Below are positions 61,583 through 64,000 of a stretch of DNA of 64,000 nucleotides, piece by piece. The translations under genes and the position numbers were made by a program. The DNA is from Marsupella aquatica (taxonomy: Eukaryota > Plantae > Marchantiophyta): the NCBI GenBank assembly GCA_973895155.1, contig OZ316897.1, forward strand, positions 14,693,375 to 14,757,374. The letters run 5' to 3'. The notes beneath the pieces are model-generated. The model was given only the letters and a program-made list of their open reading frames with translations, ran no database searches and was not told the DNA's origin. Numbering within the stretch: position 1 is the first letter of the stretch; each line of letters opens with the position of its first letter.

Positions 61583-62899
61583 GTTCTAGACGAACAATGG
61601 GTGTTGGCCTTAGCTTTAGTTTATGGCAAGGCAATGCAGGCCCGAGGGATCTGACTTATTTACTAATGACTGTTGAGCTTGAGACAAGACAATGGTCTTG
61701 GGATTCGAGATCAAGTCGGGTTACCTACCAAATGGGTTTCTAGTTGCTTGTTGAGACAATAGGGGCCGTTGAGCAACGGTCATGCTGAAGAGCAAGTGCG
61801 ACTTTGTATGAGAGTTGCCAGTTGACGGTGATAGAGGCACTGAGTAGCTTGCTAGTGGAGTTTTGTGGAGGCATTTGGGTACCAAGAGTACTTAGGCAAG
61901 AGTATGGTTTTGGTGAGGGCGCTAGGTGACTAGGTCCACCACTTAGACAACTCCTTCTATGTGACTCTCAAAATTGATTTACTCCATAGCTTTACCAGTA
62001 TTTTTAGTTTGTGGCTCAATTATAGTGCTTTAGTTTAGCTCTTTTATGATTGTTGGGACTCTTGGGCTTTTTGTTTCTAGTTTGGTCATATCATTCATAG
62101 GGTTTCCAGTTGTTCTTTTTTTTCTTTTTTCTTTTTTCCCTCCCCTTTATTGGGTCTCTTGTCTCCCAGTTTGGTGCATTTTTTCCTCAACACTATGATA
62201 GAGAAAGTTTCCTCACTCAGTTGTGTGTTCCTTTTGCGTGGGCCTTCCTCATAGAGGAAATAATTATATGAAAGCAGACAGGCTCTTAGACATAGACCTA
62301 TTCTTGTTTTTAAATCTGCTGCAGATATTATTTTATTTATTGAACAAAGGGCAAACCCAGTCTTAAGACCTCCATCGCACAACTGGTGGAAAGTTCTTGG
62401 AAGGAGGAAGACCCCCAACTTTTATAAATTTAGATTCAAATGGAATGAAATCTAGACCCTGAAATTTCACTTTCAACTACTTTTGGTATGGGTAGTTTTT
62501 CACCGAGGGCAGTGAAAGCCTCCTTTCTCTATTATTTTGCAGCTTTTAATTACTCACCTAGTCTACTATAGTAGCTGGGAATTACTTACCCCTGAATTAA
62601 GGGATTTGGTTGTATCCAATAGGTTTAAAGAGCCACTAGCATTCCATTTCACCATGTTTAGTATTTTTTCCTGAAATTGAGGAGCAAAGCTTCATTTTAG
62701 AGCAGAGGAATGAAAAAAAAGAGAAATCTTGTACACTTGTCCTTGTATATGGCCAGTGCTGGCTTGTTAACTAAGTGGCCAAACTATATATGCTGAAAAT
62801 AAGCCTTTTCCTGCAGTTGCGAACCCGTGCTCCAGGTCACAATGCAATTGGAATTGACTTGCCAGTTCAGCACAAAATACGGGTGAGTAGTCAAAAAGA

Positions 62900-63750
62900 T
62901 TAATCTCAATTCTGATTGGTTTCCTGACAGGCAGTCCCTTGGTAATACTATGCTGTAGATTGTAGATGTCCGTAAAGGCCTAAGCTGGATGCTACTGTAG
63001 CTGCAACCTTCGCCAAATACAGCATATTAAAAAAACAATGTATTCACTGCTCCTTGCTAATACTATGCAGTAGATGCCTAAGCTGGCTGCAACCTTAGCC
63101 AAATACAGCAACAAAAAATGACTATTTAGCTATAGTAAAAAAGCTACAGCTCAATTGCTATTGGGGTTTTTCATTGCTCCTTGCTAATAATATGCAGTAG
63201 ATGTCGTAAAGGCCCATGCTGGACGCTAGCAGCAGCCTTCGCCAAATGCACCATATTAAAAAGAAAAAAACAGGTGGTGGATCTATTAAAAAACACAGCT
63301 CAAGTTTATTGGTTTTCTCACTGGCCTTTGCTAATAGTATGCAAGAGATCCCTGTAAAGGCCTAAGCTGGATGCTACGGTAGCTGCAACCTTTCGCCAAT
63401 GCAACATATAAAAGAAAATAGAGAGGGCTCCATGCATAAACTGAGCTCAAGTGGCATTGGATTTCTCACTGTCCCTTGCTAATAATATTCAGTCGATGTA
63501 GTAAAGGCCTCGGCTGGACGCTAGCTGCAACCTTCGCAAATACAGCATATATATATTTATATAAGTTCTGTCTGGGCTCCATTAAGACACTGCAGCTCAA
63601 GCGTTATTGGTTTTCTCACGGTTCCTTGCTAATAATACGCACTAGATGTCCGTAAAGGCCTATGGTGGATGCTAGCTGCAACCTTCGCCAAATACAGCAT
63701 ATTATTAAAACAGTATTGGATGTATAAAAAAAACAGCTTAAGTGTGATTG
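62900..63750. repeat. Satellite-like tandem repeat, 6 units of ~115-150 bp
   Basis: CCTTGCTAATA..TGCAGTAGATGTCCGTAAAGGCCTAAGCTGGATGCTA..GCTGCAACCTTCGCCAAATACAGCA recurs near 62937, 63052, 63179, 63325, 63474 and 63624. Confidence 0.9.
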
Positions 63751-64000
63751 TTTACTAAATTCCCCTCCCGATAATTCCATAAAGGTCCAAATTGGACTCC
63801 AAACAAGCCTTTTGGGAGCAAGATCCATCCACCAATATGATTTGCCATTCCAGCTTGAAACACGGTGAATGCCTGTATCAGCAACTTCATCTGAGGTTTG
63901 ATTGGGTTTCCCAAGTTTTCCACCTGGTAGTACGCTGTATAAATATATCCATGCGTAATGGCTAGAGCCAGATGCTAACGTGACCTTGATTTGAGAGGGT

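Overview
Eukaryotic land-plant genomic DNA with GT-AG introns. Gene content and intron style suggest a non-seed plant such as a liverwort or other bryophyte (inference). Left to right: a 5'-truncated, disrupted L1-like LINE; a minisatellite; an intronless nepenthesin-like aspartic protease (-) divergent from a two-exon SLY1 gene (+); a (GA)n-punctuated tandem array; and a non-autonomous Helitron whose empty site survives in an adjacent tandem copy. A tandem segmental duplication follows (copy 1 ~20.3-34.8 kb, copy 2 ~34.9-42.3 kb). Copy 1 holds a head-to-head pair. One gene is an unusual E3-ligase-like protein (novel 70-aa repeats, ~12 ARM, 2x[U-box + TPR-like], C-terminal TM). The other is an uncharacterised, internally duplicated multi-pass membrane protein. 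Copy 2 keeps a diverged membrane-protein paralog but lacks the E3 gene. Next come a VIT/CCC1-family transporter (+) convergent with a 7-exon CIB/BPE-type bHLH (-), four related ~300-bp MITEs with 8-bp TSDs, and a ~150-bp satellite. The best candidate for an undescribed system is the E3 plus orphan membrane protein module at 22.3-40.1 kb.
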